From contig CAKKNE010000004.1 of the NCBI GenBank assembly GCA_918797485.1, positions 1 through 64,000 on the forward strand: 64,000 nt of DNA, in the 5' to 3' direction. This DNA is from Pelagomonas calceolata (Eukaryota). The first letter of the stretch is position 1, and each line of letters begins with the position of its first letter. Of this stretch, positions 11,301 through 22,889 are shown in pieces. Made by a program: the position numbers and the translations under genes. The notes below the pieces were generated by a model. That model was not told the DNA's origin. It searched no databases and saw only the letters and a program-made list of their open reading frames with translations.

Positions 11301-13348
11301 ACGACGCCCTCAAGGCCGCCTTTGAAAAGCGCAAGGCGCTCGCGGCCGAGGCCGCGGCGATCCAAATCGCCAAGACGCTATTCGCCCTGGAGACGGCGTG
11401 CGCCGCGAAGGACGTCGCCAAGATCGACGCCGCGCTCAAGGCCGCGCTAGAGGCCGGCGTGCCTGCCGACAGCGAGGCCATCACGAAAGCCCAGTCCGTG
11501 CGCGACGAGGTCGTCGAGGGCCAAAAGGCCGCCGAGCGCGCCGAGGAGACCGAGCGCGAGGTCCAGCGCCGGGCCGCCCTGAACGCGGGGCAGCTGTCGG
11601 CCGCCGACGCCGAGGAGGCGGCGAAACGGGGCGCCGTCGCCCGCGAGGACAACATGCACACGCGAGCCCGCAAGAAGCGCGAAGCGCGCGCGGCGGCCCG
11701 ACGCAAGGAAGCCGAGGAGGCCAAGGCCAAGGCGTCGATCGACCCCGAGCGACTCCGGGGCATGGAGCGGCGGCTGAACGAGCTCGAGAAGCTCCGCAAG
11801 CAGGAAGAGAAGGCGGCCCCGCCGCCCGAGTCGGCCGAGGAGCGGTTCGCACGCGAACAGGCCGCCGCCGCGAAGAAGCGGAAGGAGGAGGAGGCCCAGG
11901 CCGCGGCGGAGCGCCAGGCGCGCCTCGACGCCGAGGACGCCCGGCTCGCGCGCGAGGTCGCCGAGGCCGCGCGCATCGAGGCCGTCGAGCGCGCGACGCG
12001 CGAACGGGTCGAAGCGGAGCTACGGCGATTAGAAGAGATCCGGGCGGAGGCGGACGCGGCGGACGCCAAGCGGCGGCTCGAGGCGGAGAACGCCGAGCGC
12101 GAGCGGCGAGAAGCGGAGGAGCGGCGGATCCAGGAGGAGCGGGACGCGGAGAAGCGCGAGCGGGCCGAACGCGAAGCGCGGCAGGAGGCGCTGTTGAAAG
12201 AGCTCGAGGAACGCGCGGCGCGGCTCCGGGAACTCGAGGCGGAAGCGGCGCGCGCGGCCGAGGAGCGGAAGCAGCAGGAGGCGGAGGTTCCGGAAGGCGT
12301 CATGGCATTGCTGAAGAAGAAGGAGCTCGCGGAGCTGGGCGGCGAGCCCGTCGACGAGGAGGACCTCGAGGACGCCTACGACGCCATCCCCGAGAAAGAG
12401 ATGGTGGGCGCGACCACGTCGTCGGTGCCCAAGCTCAATCTCGACCGGCGCGTCGATAAGGACGCCGAGATCGCCGCCAAGCTGACGGAGATCGACGAAC
12501 GGGTCGCGCGGCTCGCGGCCTCGGAAGCTCGCGTCGCGGAGCTCGAGTCCATGGTCGAGAAGCGCCTGAGCGAGGCCGACGCGGCGCGCGCGGCGAACCT
12601 GGCGCAGCTTTCCAATCGATGGAGCGCGCGCGACGTCGAGATGACCGCACTCATCACGAGCAGCGTGAGCGAGCAGATCTCGGCGCGCGAGGGCGAGCTG
12701 CGCGAGGGCCTCAAGGAGGCGCTCGCCGAGGCGCGCGAGGCGCGGCGGCTCTCGGAATCGACCGCTCTCGTGGCCACGATGTCGCCCCCGGAAACGCCGT
12801 ACGGCGGCGGCTACTCCTTTGGTGCGCCGCAACCGAGCGCTTGGGTCCAGTACTACGACGACGAGGCGCAGACCGACTATTTCTACAACACGGAGACGGG
12901 CGAGACGTCTTGGACGCGGCCCGAGGGCGTCATCATCAAGCGCGGCGACGAGCTCGCGGCGCCGCCGCTCTTCCACGACGTCGACGAGCCGCCCGTCGTC
13001 GCGCCGGGCGAGACGCCGTGGCTCGAGTACTGGGACGAGAGCGCGCAAGCGCGATACTGGTACAACCAGATCACGCAGGAGGCTTCCTGGGTAGAGCCCG
13101 ATCCAAACGACGTCGTGAAGGCTCCCGAGGAGCCGGAACCCGATCCGGAAGGTATGGTGCCACCGGGACCGAACTGGACGGCAGCTATCGACGACCAGAC
13201 GGGCAAGGAGACGTGGGTCAACGACGCCACGGGCGAGGTGCTCAAGGCGGGCGGCGCCGCGGCGGACGACCGCTCGGTGGGCTCCAAGGGCTCCACCGGA
13301 AAGAAGGGACCGCGCGCTAGACGGCGGATCAAATCCAAGGGCGGCTAG
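8385..13348 (+). CDS. Large IQ-motif/coiled-coil protein with C-terminal WW domains (2 exons: 8385-9558, 9750-13348)
   Basis: Repeated AA..LQ...R IQ-like motifs; WW domains WVQYYDDEAQTDYFYNTETGETSWTRP and WLEYWDESAQARYWYNQITQEASWVEP; phase-1 intron joins ORFs 8385 and 9800. Confidence 0.75.
9559..9749 (+). other. Intron, degenerate introner-like
   Basis: GT...ACACACACAG|G; contains CACGCCATCGA and ACGCCATCGC core motifs; restores frame (ALC|RKWAAE). Confidence 0.6.
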
Positions 13349-13636
13349 CTCTAGCGAATTATTAATACATAGATTGTACTTCTTCGTATCGCCCGGAACG
13401 CGCGGCCGCGTCCTCGGCTCGGAAGTAGTGGCGGCGCGGCCTCGTCTCGCGGCGACAACGTCGGCGCAGCTGCAACCCATGCTTCCGGCGCGAAAAACCA
13501 GGGGACTGTGTGGTTAATCCCGTATCAATTGAGCTAGATTAAACCCACTAGATTTCTACAGTAGCTTGCCTTTTGCGCAACGCACAGCAGACGACCAAAT
13601 CACCCGCGCCCTCTCTCGACGACTTTTCGCAGAACC

Positions 13637-13760
13637 ATGGCCCAAGCCCAGGCTGGATCGAACTTTCTCGCGCTACCGGACGACCTCATGCTCTATCTAT
13701 CTAAACTCTATCTATCTAAACTCTCTCGAGCTTTCCCTTCCCCCCTCGCCCGACGATTCC
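13637..13760 (+). pseudogene. Possible 5' fragment of an F-box-like gene
   Basis: ACCATGG start, FLALPDDLMLYLSK resembles an F-box start; 15-bp tandem duplication CTCTATCTATCTAAA; runs into the EB1 3' end. Confidence 0.3.
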
Positions 13761-13804
13761 TCGCGGCTAAGCGTCGGTATACTCAACCAAAATATTATGC
13801 GCGG

Positions 13805-14458
13805 CTAGTCGCGGGGCGTCGGCGTCACGGGCGGCGCTGCCGGCGAGCCGTTGTCGTACAGGATCCGCGTGATGGCCAGCGCCAGCTCCGCCGCGGACTC
13901 GTCCGCGGGCCGCGTCTGCACGCGCCGCTCGACGTCGCGCAGCTTCGTCACGTAGAGGTCGCGCTCGGCCTCGACGGCCTCCAGGTCCGCACTCTTCTTC
14001 GGCGGTGGCGGCGGTGGCGGCGGCGCCCCGCGGGGCGCGCGGGGCCGCGGCGGCGCGGGCGTGCCGCCTTTGCAGCGCCGCCGCGCCTCCGCCGGATCGT
14101 AGGCGTCGAGGCACGGCGTCGCGTCGCTGAAGCGCTTGAACCACTGCATGAACTCGAGGCACGCACGGTGCGTCCCGCGCGTCAATCCATCAACGTCGAC
14201 CGGGCGGTCGACCCTGGCGCGCGCGAGGCCCGCCTGCAGCAGTTTGTAGTTGCGCAGCACCGGCGCGTGCGCGTCCGCGGCCCAGTCGACCTTGGAGAGA
14301 TCGATGGAGCCCGGCCGCGCGCGATCGAGGAGCAGACATGCCACGGCGCCGTTGCGCGTGTCTTCTACTGCTTGGAGCTCGAGCGCGAGCGTCGCGTTCA
14401 GCCATTGCACGAGCTCCTTGCGGCCGTGGCGCTTCGGGCCGGGCGTTTGCTGCAGCAT
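13805..14458 (-). CDS. EB1: EB1/MAPRE-family microtubule end-binding protein (divergent)
   Basis: CH domain GRKELVQWLN...NYKLLQ...LEFMQWFKRF and EBH motif ERDLYVTKLRDVE; ATG 14458. Confidence 0.88.
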   Translation of the reverse strand: MLQQTPGPKRHGRKELVQWLNATLALELQAVEDTRNGAVACLLLDRARPGSIDLSKVDWAADAHAPVLRNYKLLQAGLARARVDRPVDVDGLTRGTHRACLEFMQWFKRFSDATPCLDAYDPAEARRRCKGGTPAPPRPRAPRGAPPPPPPPPKKSADLEAVEAERDLYVTKLRDVERRVQTRPADESAAELALAITRILYDNGSPAAPPVTPTPRD

Positions 14459-14564
14459 TGGGTGCGAGGTGCTGCGAGGAGGAGTCCTTTGACGCGTGTC
14501 GTCTGCTGGCTTGCCAGAGTTTGAGTTATAGAGCCGCGCGCGCGTTTTTTGCTCTGCTTGCTTG

Positions 14565-14588
14565 CCTAGTGTCTTACATGCCGCTAGC
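14565..14588 (+). promoter_or_regulatory. CTAG-bounded element, copy 2 (divergent promoter)
   Basis: CCTAGTGTCTTACATGCCGCTAGC preceded by GCTTGCTTG, between ATGs 14458(-) and 14636(+). Confidence 0.7.
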
Positions 14589-14635
14589 CTTAATCGTACA
14601 ATTTGGGCGTCCTTGGCGACGAACGAGTCGAACAG

Positions 14636-15814
14636 ATGAGCCGCGGTCGTTTCCAAGTCCTCCTCGCCCTGCTGCGTCTCTCCCACGCCGCCGCCGCGCC
14701 GAGCCATCGCCACCATGGTCACTCAGGGCATCACTTGAAAAATGTGACCGTGCGCGTCCGCGCTTGCGACGCGCCAATTAAAATTGCGAATCTGGGCTAC
14801 CTCGGCCCAACAAAAATGAATCACCTCGACTATTTCGCGCGGGCCTACGCCCAGCCGCGCTACCGGTCGGCAGCGGCACCGTCGGCCGGCGCTTACGACC
14901 TCGACTACGTGCCCTGGAATTGCCTCACGGAGCTCGCGCGGGCGACGTGCCCGGGCGGGCCGGCGCTCGGGAGCTTCAGCGTACTGCCGTTCACGGTCTA
15001 CGGCAAAAAACAGCCCAAGGTCACGCACAATTCCAAAATCGCGGCGCTCCGCGAGACGCTGTGCCCCGGCGCGAAAGTCGACCCCGGGCGCTTCGCCCTG
15101 CTCGGCACGGAGCTGCCGACGCGCAAGGTCACGTCAAAGGGCTACGCGGAGATCTGGGACCGCTTCCCGTACGCGAGCCTCAAATTCACGGTGCCGCGGC
15201 CGGCCGTCGGGCACCACGCTCTCGTGAACGGCGTTTGTGTGACGCGGCCCGCGGCGCCGCGGCCCGGCGAATCGCGGCGATTTCTGGCCGCGTTCATGGG
15301 CCTGCCCCGCTCGGCTTTCGGGGGCCTGCGCGACCGCCTCGTCCGCGAGTGCGAAGGAGCCGCGGACTGCGCGACGACGACGACGGGCTTCGCCGCGCAC
15401 CACAAGCCCGACCCCGTCACCACGTACGGCAACGCGACGTTCGCGCTCCAGCCCTGGGGCGACACAGCCACGCGGAAAGGGTTCTGGGACGCGCTCGCCG
15501 TCGGCGCCGTCAACGTCGTCTTCGCGCCGCGCGGCGACAGGGTGCCCTACGGCATGTACGCCGACGAGTTCGTTGGGCGGCACGAGACTTTTACGATTAC
15601 TATTCCCGAAAGCGTCTGGAGCACCGGAGGGACGCTCGCCTACCTCCGCAACATCCCTTCATCTCGCATCCTCGAGCTGCAGCGGGGCGCGTTACGGGCG
15701 CGGGCGCGCGCCATGTACACGACGGCGGGCGACTGCCGCGACGCGAACTTCGCCATCGCGTCTGTTCTCGCGGAGCGGTTCCGCGCGCACCAGGCGAAGA
15801 AGACGGGATTTTAA
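14636..15814 (+). CDS. Exostosin-family (GT47) glycosyltransferase
   Basis: Signal peptide; FALQPWGDTATRKGFWDALAVGAVNVVF matches the GT47 motif. Confidence 0.85.
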   Translation: MSRGRFQVLLALLRLSHAAAAPSHRHHGHSGHHLKNVTVRVRACDAPIKIANLGYLGPTKMNHLDYFARAYAQPRYRSAAAPSAGAYDLDYVPWNCLTELARATCPGGPALGSFSVLPFTVYGKKQPKVTHNSKIAALRETLCPGAKVDPGRFALLGTELPTRKVTSKGYAEIWDRFPYASLKFTVPRPAVGHHALVNGVCVTRPAAPRPGESRRFLAAFMGLPRSAFGGLRDRLVRECEGAADCATTTTGFAAHHKPDPVTTYGNATFALQPWGDTATRKGFWDALAVGAVNVVFAPRGDRVPYGMYADEFVGRHETFTITIPESVWSTGGTLAYLRNIPSSRILELQRGALRARARAMYTTAGDCRDANFAIASVLAERFRAHQAKKTGF

Positions 15815-15898
15815 TATATTTTGGTTACTTTAGACAACGCCTCCGCCCCCAAACGCGTGGTGCTTCTTCCACCAGTTCCGCGAGTGGTGGAACCAGAG

Positions 15899-16789
15899 AC
15901 GTGCTACATCTGCACGCAAGCCTTGCACTGGAAGACAAAGGAGGGTCTCGTGCGCGGGTGCGCGTGCCGCGGGACGGCGGGCTTCGCGCACGTGTCGTGC
16001 CTGGCGGAGCAGGCGAAGATTTTGTTCGCGGAGGTCGAGAAGTCTAATTTGGCCGGGAAGGATAAGGTGGCGAGGTGGAGGCGGTGGGACAAGTGTAGCA
16101 TGTGCGAGCAACAGTACCACGGCGTTGTGCGGTGCGCGCTCGGGTGGGCGTGCTGGAAGACGTACTCGGGGCGACCGGAGACGGACTGGGCTCGGGGTTC
16201 CGCGATGACAGCGCTTGGGAACGGTTTATCCGATGCAGAGCACCACGAGGACGCGTTGCCCGTGCAAGAGGCCGAGTTGGCAATGTTTCGGCGACTTGGT
16301 GCCGCAGAAGAGAGCATGCTCCTCGCGCAGAGCAATCTTGCGAACACGTATGGTTATGTTGGACGCTTAGAAGAGGCATTGCGGCTACAACGAAACGTAT
16401 ATTATGGCTATGTCAAGCTCAATGGCGGGGAACATGGGGACACCCTCATAGCAGCCAACAACTGCGCGAATACCCTTTTTGGTCTGAAGCGCTACAAAGA
16501 AGCCAAGTCGCTGCTGCGCGGAATGACACCCGTGGCGCGACGAGTTCTCGGAGAGAATCATCATCTCACGCTCAGGATGAGGCGGGTTTACGCGATTGCG
16601 CTCTACTCTGACGACGACGCCACGCTCGCCGATCTCCGCGAGGCCGTGAATACGCTCGAGGAGACGGATCGGAGCGCCCGGCGCGTGCTCGGTGGCGCGC
16701 ACCCACTCACAGAAGATATTGAGGACGAATTGCGAGACGCCCGAGCCGCACTCCGCGCCCGCGAGGCGCCGTTGAAGGGGAGAGCGTAA
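15899..16789 (+). pseudogene. RING-CH (RINGv) zinc finger plus TPR protein, apparently 5'-truncated
   Basis: CYIC...CACRGTAGFAHVSCL...CSMC followed by TPR-like helices; no in-frame ATG before the RING; starts ~85 bp after the upstream stop. Confidence 0.65.
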
Positions 16790-16825
16790 ATTCGCATTCA
16801 CAAGTAACCTTCTTAAGGTATCATA

Positions 16826-17692
16826 TCAACTAGCCCCGCGCCGCTGGTTCGCCAGCCACGCGTACAGCGACGCGTCCCGGAACGCCAGGTCGTACGACGC
16901 GTGGCCGACCATGTCGTTGTACTGCGGGTCCGGCGGCGGCGGCGCGCGGCGGTACCGCGTGTACCGCGCCGGCTCGCGCCGTCCCGCCCGGTTCATGGCC
17001 GCGACGGCGCCGTCCCCGAGCTCGACAGGCATCGCCGAATCGTCGGCCGCGTGGAATACCCAGATCGACAGGTCCTTCAGGCGCTGCGCGGCCCTGGCTG
17101 AATCGCCCGGTAGCGCGCCGCAGACCGGCACAACGGCGCTCAGAAATTCGGGATACTCGAGCGCGAAGCGCCAGGCCCCGACGCCGCCCGCCGACTGCCC
17201 GGCCAGCGAGATGCGCTCCGGGTCCACGGCGTACGCCGACGCCACGCGCGTTGCCAGCGCGCGCACGCGCTCCAGCCGCGGCCGCGACCAGCCCGGCCGC
17301 ATGGTCGCGTCCCAGCCCTGCGGCATGACGACCACAAAGCCCAGGTCGTCGGCGAACGACGCATTCACGTAGTGGCGCCCGTCGAAGTCAAACTCCCAGC
17401 TCTTCCTCGGATCGAACGCCGTCGACTGATCCCGTGACAGCAGCCGCGGCAGCGACTGGCTGTTCATCACGTCCCACACGCCGTCCCCCGCGCCGTGCAG
17501 GAAAATGAGCATCGGCCAGCTTTGAGCTTTCGACCAGTGCCGCGGCAGGAAGAGCTGGAAGTGGTCGACGCCGTCGTCGCCGTTTTGCGGCGCGTCCCAC
17601 GACATCTTCGTCCGTTCGCCGAGCGGTATTTCGGCGCCGAGCATCGGAAACGCTACGGCAGTGGCGTGCAGGAGGGAGAGCAGCCGCAGCAT
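16826..17692 (-). CDS. Secreted alpha/beta hydrolase (predicted peptidase/esterase, COG4099-like)
   Basis: LIFLHGAG, GQSAGG nucleophile elbow, WVFHAADD, GH; signal peptide. Confidence 0.85.
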   Translation of the reverse strand: MLRLLSLLHATAVAFPMLGAEIPLGERTKMSWDAPQNGDDGVDHFQLFLPRHWSKAQSWPMLIFLHGAGDGVWDVMNSQSLPRLLSRDQSTAFDPRKSWEFDFDGRHYVNASFADDLGFVVVMPQGWDATMRPGWSRPRLERVRALATRVASAYAVDPERISLAGQSAGGVGAWRFALEYPEFLSAVVPVCGALPGDSARAAQRLKDLSIWVFHAADDSAMPVELGDGAVAAMNRAGRREPARYTRYRRAPPPPDPQYNDMVGHASYDLAFRDASLYAWLANQRRGAS

Positions 17693-17826
17693 CGTGTCCT
17701 GCTGCAGGTATGCCAGGCTCTGTTGACCGCAGCCGTGCGAGATTTTGCTAGAGAAATGGGATCGTGAGCAATAACAATCACGTATGCTCTGAGGCGCTTG
17801 TATTTTGATCGAGAGCCAGCCGCATA

Positions 17827-17850
17827 GCTAGCGTTACGAGACACACTAGG
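17827..17850 (-). promoter_or_regulatory. CTAG-bounded element, divergent copy 3
   Basis: rc CCTAGTGTGTCTCGTAACGCTAGC, 14-nt spacer, between divergent ATGs 17692 and 18021. Confidence 0.5.
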
Positions 17851-18020
17851 AATAAGCGGAGGCGAGCTCGAAGCGGGCATTTTGCCTCACCTGAGCGACC
17901 AGCACGGAAAGAGCTCGTCAAGGTATCACAGAGCTGCCGCACAACAATCGCTGCGGGTCAACGCGCCGCGGCAGACGCCCCAGCCCCTCCTAAGAGTGCA
18001 TACCCAGCTAAAAGCAAACC

Positions 18021-18773
18021 ATGTCCTTCTCCCGCGAGGCGCGCCTCTCCGGCGTTAGGGGGGGCAAGAGCGAGTTCAACTGGCAGGACGTGAAGGACGG
18101 CAAGCACGGCCGCCGCGACGACTATTTGGGGGCCTGCATGAAGGCGAGCGTCAATGGCCGACGAGACAAAGACCGGGACTTCTTCTGGTACAACAAGACG
18201 ACGGATACGCTGGGACGGGGCATGGACCGGAACCCCGAACTCGTGAAGGCGGCGCGGCGGCTCGAGGTCCTGGAGCGACGCAAAGCGGACGCGGCGGCGC
18301 TCGCGGACGCGCTGGGCGAGACGGCCGAGACGCGGCGCCGCGCGGCGGAGCTGGATTTGGAGGCGTCGGAGCTGCGGAGTCTATTGGAGCGGGGCGGGAC
18401 GGAGCGCGACCAGATCCTGAGCACGGAGCGCGTCGCCGGCCTGGGGGCCGCGCCCGCCCGGCGCCACGCGGACGCGTCGGCGCGCGTCGTCGCGGAGGAG
18501 CAGCGCCAGGCCGACGAGAAGCGCAAGCGCGACCTCGTCGAGGCCGACGCGGCGCGGCGCGCGTGCCGCGACCCGCGGCGCCTCGACGGCCCGACGAACG
18601 ACGGCGGCTTCCTCACGGCGGACGGGAGCGGCGTCGCGCTCGACCTCCGCGCGGCCAAGCGCGCGCGCAAGGAGGAAAAAAAGGCGCGCAAGGTCGAGAA
18701 GAAGCGGCGGAAGAAGGAGAAGAAGGCCGCGAAACGTGCGCGGCGGGCCCGGTCGTCGTCGAGCGACTCTTGA
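18021..18773 (+). CDS. MMTAG2/C1orf35-like nuclear protein
   Basis: GVRGGKSEFNWQDVK...YLG...WY N-terminal motif; Lys/Arg-rich tail. Confidence 0.8.
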   Translation: MSFSREARLSGVRGGKSEFNWQDVKDGKHGRRDDYLGACMKASVNGRRDKDRDFFWYNKTTDTLGRGMDRNPELVKAARRLEVLERRKADAAALADALGETAETRRRAAELDLEASELRSLLERGGTERDQILSTERVAGLGAAPARRHADASARVVAEEQRQADEKRKRDLVEADAARRACRDPRRLDGPTNDGGFLTADGSGVALDLRAAKRARKEEKKARKVEKKRRKKEKKAAKRARRARSSSSDS

Positions 18774-18970
18774 GCGCGCGCGTAACTGTCTTTCCTGTGC
18801 TTATATATACTGGAGTCTAGCGCCCCGCGACGCCTCCCCCCAGAAAACACGCGCCGCTCGAACCTTACTACAGGGGGGACAGATATAGGGAGCGGCGCCC
18901 GCCGCCGGCGGGGCCTTGGAGGCGCGGGGCACAGGGGGGGATACACGGGGGCGCTGCGGCGGGCGCGCGC

Positions 18971-20838
18971 CTAGGACTTGGCGTCGAGGGGGTGGCCCTC
19001 CTCCGCGGCGACGATCTTCTTGCCGTCGAAGGGCTCGACCTTCGTGACGTCGGCGGGGACGACCTTGGCGGCGTCGACCGTCGTGGACGCGTCGGGGTAG
19101 TGCAGCGCGGCGACGGCCGCGCCCGCCACCAGGCTCGTCAGCGAGCCGACGAGGCACAATTGGAAGCCCACCTTCACGCTCGACTCGTAGACGACGCGCG
19201 AGCCGAAGCCCGTCGCCGCGTCGAAGGTCGTCGCGTCGATGGAGCACGCGACCTGCTTCAGGTAGTTCTCGTGGACGAGGTAGCAGCCCAGGCACAAGAC
19301 GTCGAGCGACGCCCACTCGCCGAGCCAGTGCAGCGCGAGGCCGACGGCGCGGTCCTCGCGCTGCGTCGCGCGGTCGCCGCGCGGCTCGGCGACGCCGACG
19401 CGCGCGCCGGCGCGGTGCGCCTCGAGCTTCGCGAGGACGAGCGCCGCGGGCACGAGGGCCGCGTGGACCACGGCGAAGAAGACGCACACGACCTTGAGGA
19501 CCTGCGTACGAAGCCGGTGCGAACCGCGCGTTGCGGCGATGGCGTCCTGGTGGGTTCACGCGAGCGTCGCGGCGATCGCGTGGCGAGGGCGATCAAAACA
19601 ACAATTTCCGCGCGGCGGCGCACGGCGGCGACGCCCGCCGCGAGGCCAGCGTTCGCCACGTTCGGCGCCTTGGAACTCTCCGCCAGTAGGCCCAACGCGG
19701 TCCAGGTCCCCTCGTCGCCGCCCATGGGAATCGTGGGCAGGGCGGGCCCGAGGTGATACGTCATCTCCCACTTCCGCTGGACGAAGGGCAGCGCGAGGCC
19801 GGCGACGACGACGACCATCGCCGCGAGGCTCACGACGAGCAGCACGCCGTCGACGACGACGGGCGGCGCCGCGCGGCCTTTCTTGGGCGCCGGCGCGCCG
19901 GGCGGGAACGCGACGAGGGCCGAGGTCAGGAGCCGCGACGCGAACACGCCGATCAGCAAAGCGAGGATGCCGGCGCGCGGCTGCGCGACGAAGAAGCCCT
20001 GGACGTTGAGCGGCGGGACGGCCTTGATGTCGAGATTAACCATGGCGAAGAGGCACGACGCCGCCGTCACTTTGACCAGCGACCACTTGCCCAGCAGGGC
20101 CAGGCCCTTGAGCAGGGACGCCGCGCGGCCCCGGCGGCCGACGAGCGCGCAGACCCCGAAGACGAGCGCGTTCTTGAGGAAGGGCCAGAACCCGACGAAA
20201 AGCCAGATCCCCAACCCGTCGGAGAACTCGCCCTCGCCGCAGGCGCCCAGATAATTTTCCTTCTTGAAGAACTTGGACTGAATCGTGTCGGGGACGGCCT
20301 TGGGCACGAGGCCCTCGAACTTGCCCATGGCGCCCGCATCAAAGAGGAACTCGTACTCGTACTCGAGGACGCCCTGGCCGAGGAGGACGGCGACGGCTAC
20401 GGCGACGGCCGCGAGGCAGCCCGCGACGGCGCGCGCGTCGACGGGGCCCTCCTGGCGCTTCTTGGCGGCGGCCGCGGCGACGGCCGCCGCGACCGCGAGG
20501 AGCACGTACGTGCCCGTGAGGCTCCACCCCGCCGGCGCGCCGTCGTCGTCGTCGTCGTCCGCCGCGGCCGGCGACGCCGCCGAGGCGTTGAGGGCCGTCG
20601 AATTGAGCAGCGTCTCGTTGAGGAGCGTGTCGTTGGACGCGGCCGCGGCCGCGAGGCGCCGCCCGAGGCAGGCGCAGCCGGCGCAGGCGCAGCCGAGGTC
20701 CCGCTCCACCATGGCGCAGGTCGCCGGCGCGAAGCGGGCGCAGGAGAGGCCCGCGCAGGCCGCCAGGCACGTCGGGTGGTCCTCGGGCAGCGCCGTCGCC
20801 GCCGCGGCCAGCGCGAGGAGCATCGTCGCCGTTGTCAT
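18971..20838 (-). CDS. Multi-pass membrane protein with PqiA-like domains (2 exons: 20838-19624, 19501-18971)
   Basis: Signal peptide, Cys-rich segment, two PqiA-like motifs LGKWSLVKV and LGEWASLDVL; phase-0 intron joins the ORFs. Confidence 0.7.
19502..19623 (-). other. Intron (122 bp), introner-like core
   Basis: GTGCGC...CGCAG|G; contains ACGCCATCGCCGC; restores frame GVAA|VLKVV. Confidence 0.75.
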
Positions 20839-21194
20839 CGTCGTGTGGCTGCCCCTTGTCTCGTGGAGAGCACAACAAGGCACAGCATCGAAGGCTGGTC
20901 TGGCGCGCTGCCGCCCTGGCTTCCCAGATTCGATCCATGCGTCCGTAAGACGGCTGGAATGTCCTCGGCGGCACACTCTGCTACCGAATTTGTCCGCGGG
21001 TTTTTTCGGCCATTTTTTGTGGCTGAAATTTCAGGGCAATTGACGCTTGCATTCCTGTGGAAAACTGTGATACGTCTCACATATGTCACTGCATCGACGA
21101 CTGCGACAAATCCTGCACGCGTGACCGCATAAAAAAGAGTGGCAGCCTTGCTGCACAGCAGCACAGCTGCACAGCCTAGCGCCGCGCGCAACCG

Positions 21195-22082
21195 ATGGCG
21201 CCCTGCCTCCTCGGCCGCGTGGCGACGGTCTACTTCGCCGTGGGCTCGCGGTCGCTGCAGAAGGCGTCGCGCTCGGCCGCTTCCAGCAAGCGCTTCGACG
21301 GCCTGCGGGCGATGCTCGTGACCGACGACGCGACGGCGCGCAAGCTGCGGCTGCAAGCCGAGCATCCATTTGACATAGTGGCGGTGGACGCGGGCGCGTC
21401 GCACGCGGCGGAGTTCGAGGCGACGCGGCCCGTGGCCGACCGGTCGTCGCTCTCGACGGCGGAGCGCTGGCGGAACCGCCGGGACCCGGCGAATTTGGCG
21501 CTGCGACGGCTCCGCGCCGCGAAGATCCGCGCCGTCGCGACGGCGCTGCAGCACTTCGACGTGGCGTTATTGATGGACGCCGACACGTACGTGTGCTCGA
21601 GCCTGCTGGAGGCGGCGTGCGCGGTTAGTGAAGGGCCCGTCGTCGCGTTCGTGCCCGTGGACCGGGGCCGCGAGCACGCGGCGAGCGTGCTCGCGCGGAG
21701 CGAGCGGTGGCGCGTGCCCGGGCACGCCGTCGAGGCGAACACGGGCGTCGTGGCCTGGCGCAACGCCACGGCGTCGCGGGCCCTGGTCGACGCCTGGCTG
21801 CGTGCCTACGGCGACCTCGCGGACGCGAGCGGCTTCCTCATGGACCAGCCGGCGTTCCGCGCGGCGCTCCACGCGACGCGCGCGCCGCACGCGGCGCTGC
21901 CGCCGCGGTTCAACTGCCGGGGCCACGACCGGACGCGCCGCGCGGGCACGTCGGCGGTGCCCCTACGCTGCGCCGGCTACGACGCCGACGAGGCGGCCCA
22001 CGGCGCCGTCGCGGCGCGGCTACGGGGTGGCGCGGGCTGCGCCGTCCTGCACTCGCACGACATCCAGGAGCCCGGTCGATGA
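21195..22082 (+). CDS. Nucleotide-diphospho-sugar transferase (GT-A fold)
   Basis: LLMDADT (DxD), NTGVV, DQPAFRAAL and LPPRFNCR motifs. Confidence 0.75.
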   Translation: MAPCLLGRVATVYFAVGSRSLQKASRSAASSKRFDGLRAMLVTDDATARKLRLQAEHPFDIVAVDAGASHAAEFEATRPVADRSSLSTAERWRNRRDPANLALRRLRAAKIRAVATALQHFDVALLMDADTYVCSSLLEAACAVSEGPVVAFVPVDRGREHAASVLARSERWRVPGHAVEANTGVVAWRNATASRALVDAWLRAYGDLADASGFLMDQPAFRAALHATRAPHAALPPRFNCRGHDRTRRAGTSAVPLRCAGYDADEAAHGAVAARLRGGAGCAVLHSHDIQEPGR

Positions 22083-22120
22083 TAACGTTTTCTTGTGTCT
22101 TAGTCTTCTTGGAGCTCCTA

Positions 22121-22889
22121 CTACGCCGCCGCGCCGAGCGGGCACGAGAAGCGGTCGGCGAGCAGCGCGGCCGCGAGGGGCGCCGGCTCGAGGTCGCGCA
22201 TGAGCCGAGCGGTCGTCTCGGCGACGCCGGGCCCGTCCTCCGGCGCCCGCGCCAGGCGCGCGGCCGCGAGCTCGGCGAAGAGCGCGATGAGCGGCCCCGC
22301 GGCGCGCATCGCCGCCGCGCGCCGCGCGGGGGCCGCGCCCTCGGCGAAGTCGAGCGCGAGGTCCGACAGCGCCGCCGTCGTCCCGCGGAGCACGGCGGCG
22401 TCGAGGGCGCCGGCGTGCCTGCGCGCACATCGACCACTCGGCGCCATCGATGGCGAAATTTGATTCGCGCGCCGCGGCGCGCGCGGCACTCAGGGACCGC
22501 AGGAACGCGAGGGCGCGCGTCACGGCGCCGGGCGCCGCGTCGACGGTGGCGCCCGCCACGCTCCGCGCCAGCGCCGCGACGCGGGGAAACGACGCCGGCG
22601 CCTCGCGGGCCAGCACGCCCGAGGCCGCGAGGAACGCCGCGAGGAGCTGCGGCGACTTGGCGAAGCGCGTGCGCGCGAGGAGCGCGAGCTCCTGGCAGAC
22701 GGCGTCGCCGCTGCCCGCCGGCGCGTCGAGGACCGCGGCCTCGCGCGCCGCGACGAGCTGCGCGTCGATCGCGTCCCGCCTTGGCGGCTTGTCTTCGTCT
22801 TCGTTCGAGTTTGCGCCGCGGAGGATCGCGGTCGCTAAGGCCACTTTTATGGCTTTTTTCTCGCCTTCAGTGAGTGTGCCTGTGTCCAT
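22121..22889 (-). CDS. Hypothetical helical protein (2 exons, intron ~22419-22497)
   Basis: ORFs 22020..22889 and 22121..22489 join via GT...GCGCAG|G (FLR|HAGALD). Confidence 0.6.
22419..22497 (-). other. Intron (79 bp) with palindromic introner core
   Basis: Contains the CGCCATCGATGGCG palindrome; phase 2; donor position inferred. Confidence 0.55.

Noticed and set aside
10096..12303. 735-aa antisense ORF and the many other long overlapping Arg/Ala/Pro-rich ORFs
   Set aside because: Shadow frames of very GC-rich coding DNA; no motifs, and they overlap better-supported genes
14459..14722. Extended EB1 N-terminus overlapping the GT47 gene
   Set aside because: It would span the promoter element and the opposite gene's signal peptide; ATG 14458 fits EB1 architecture
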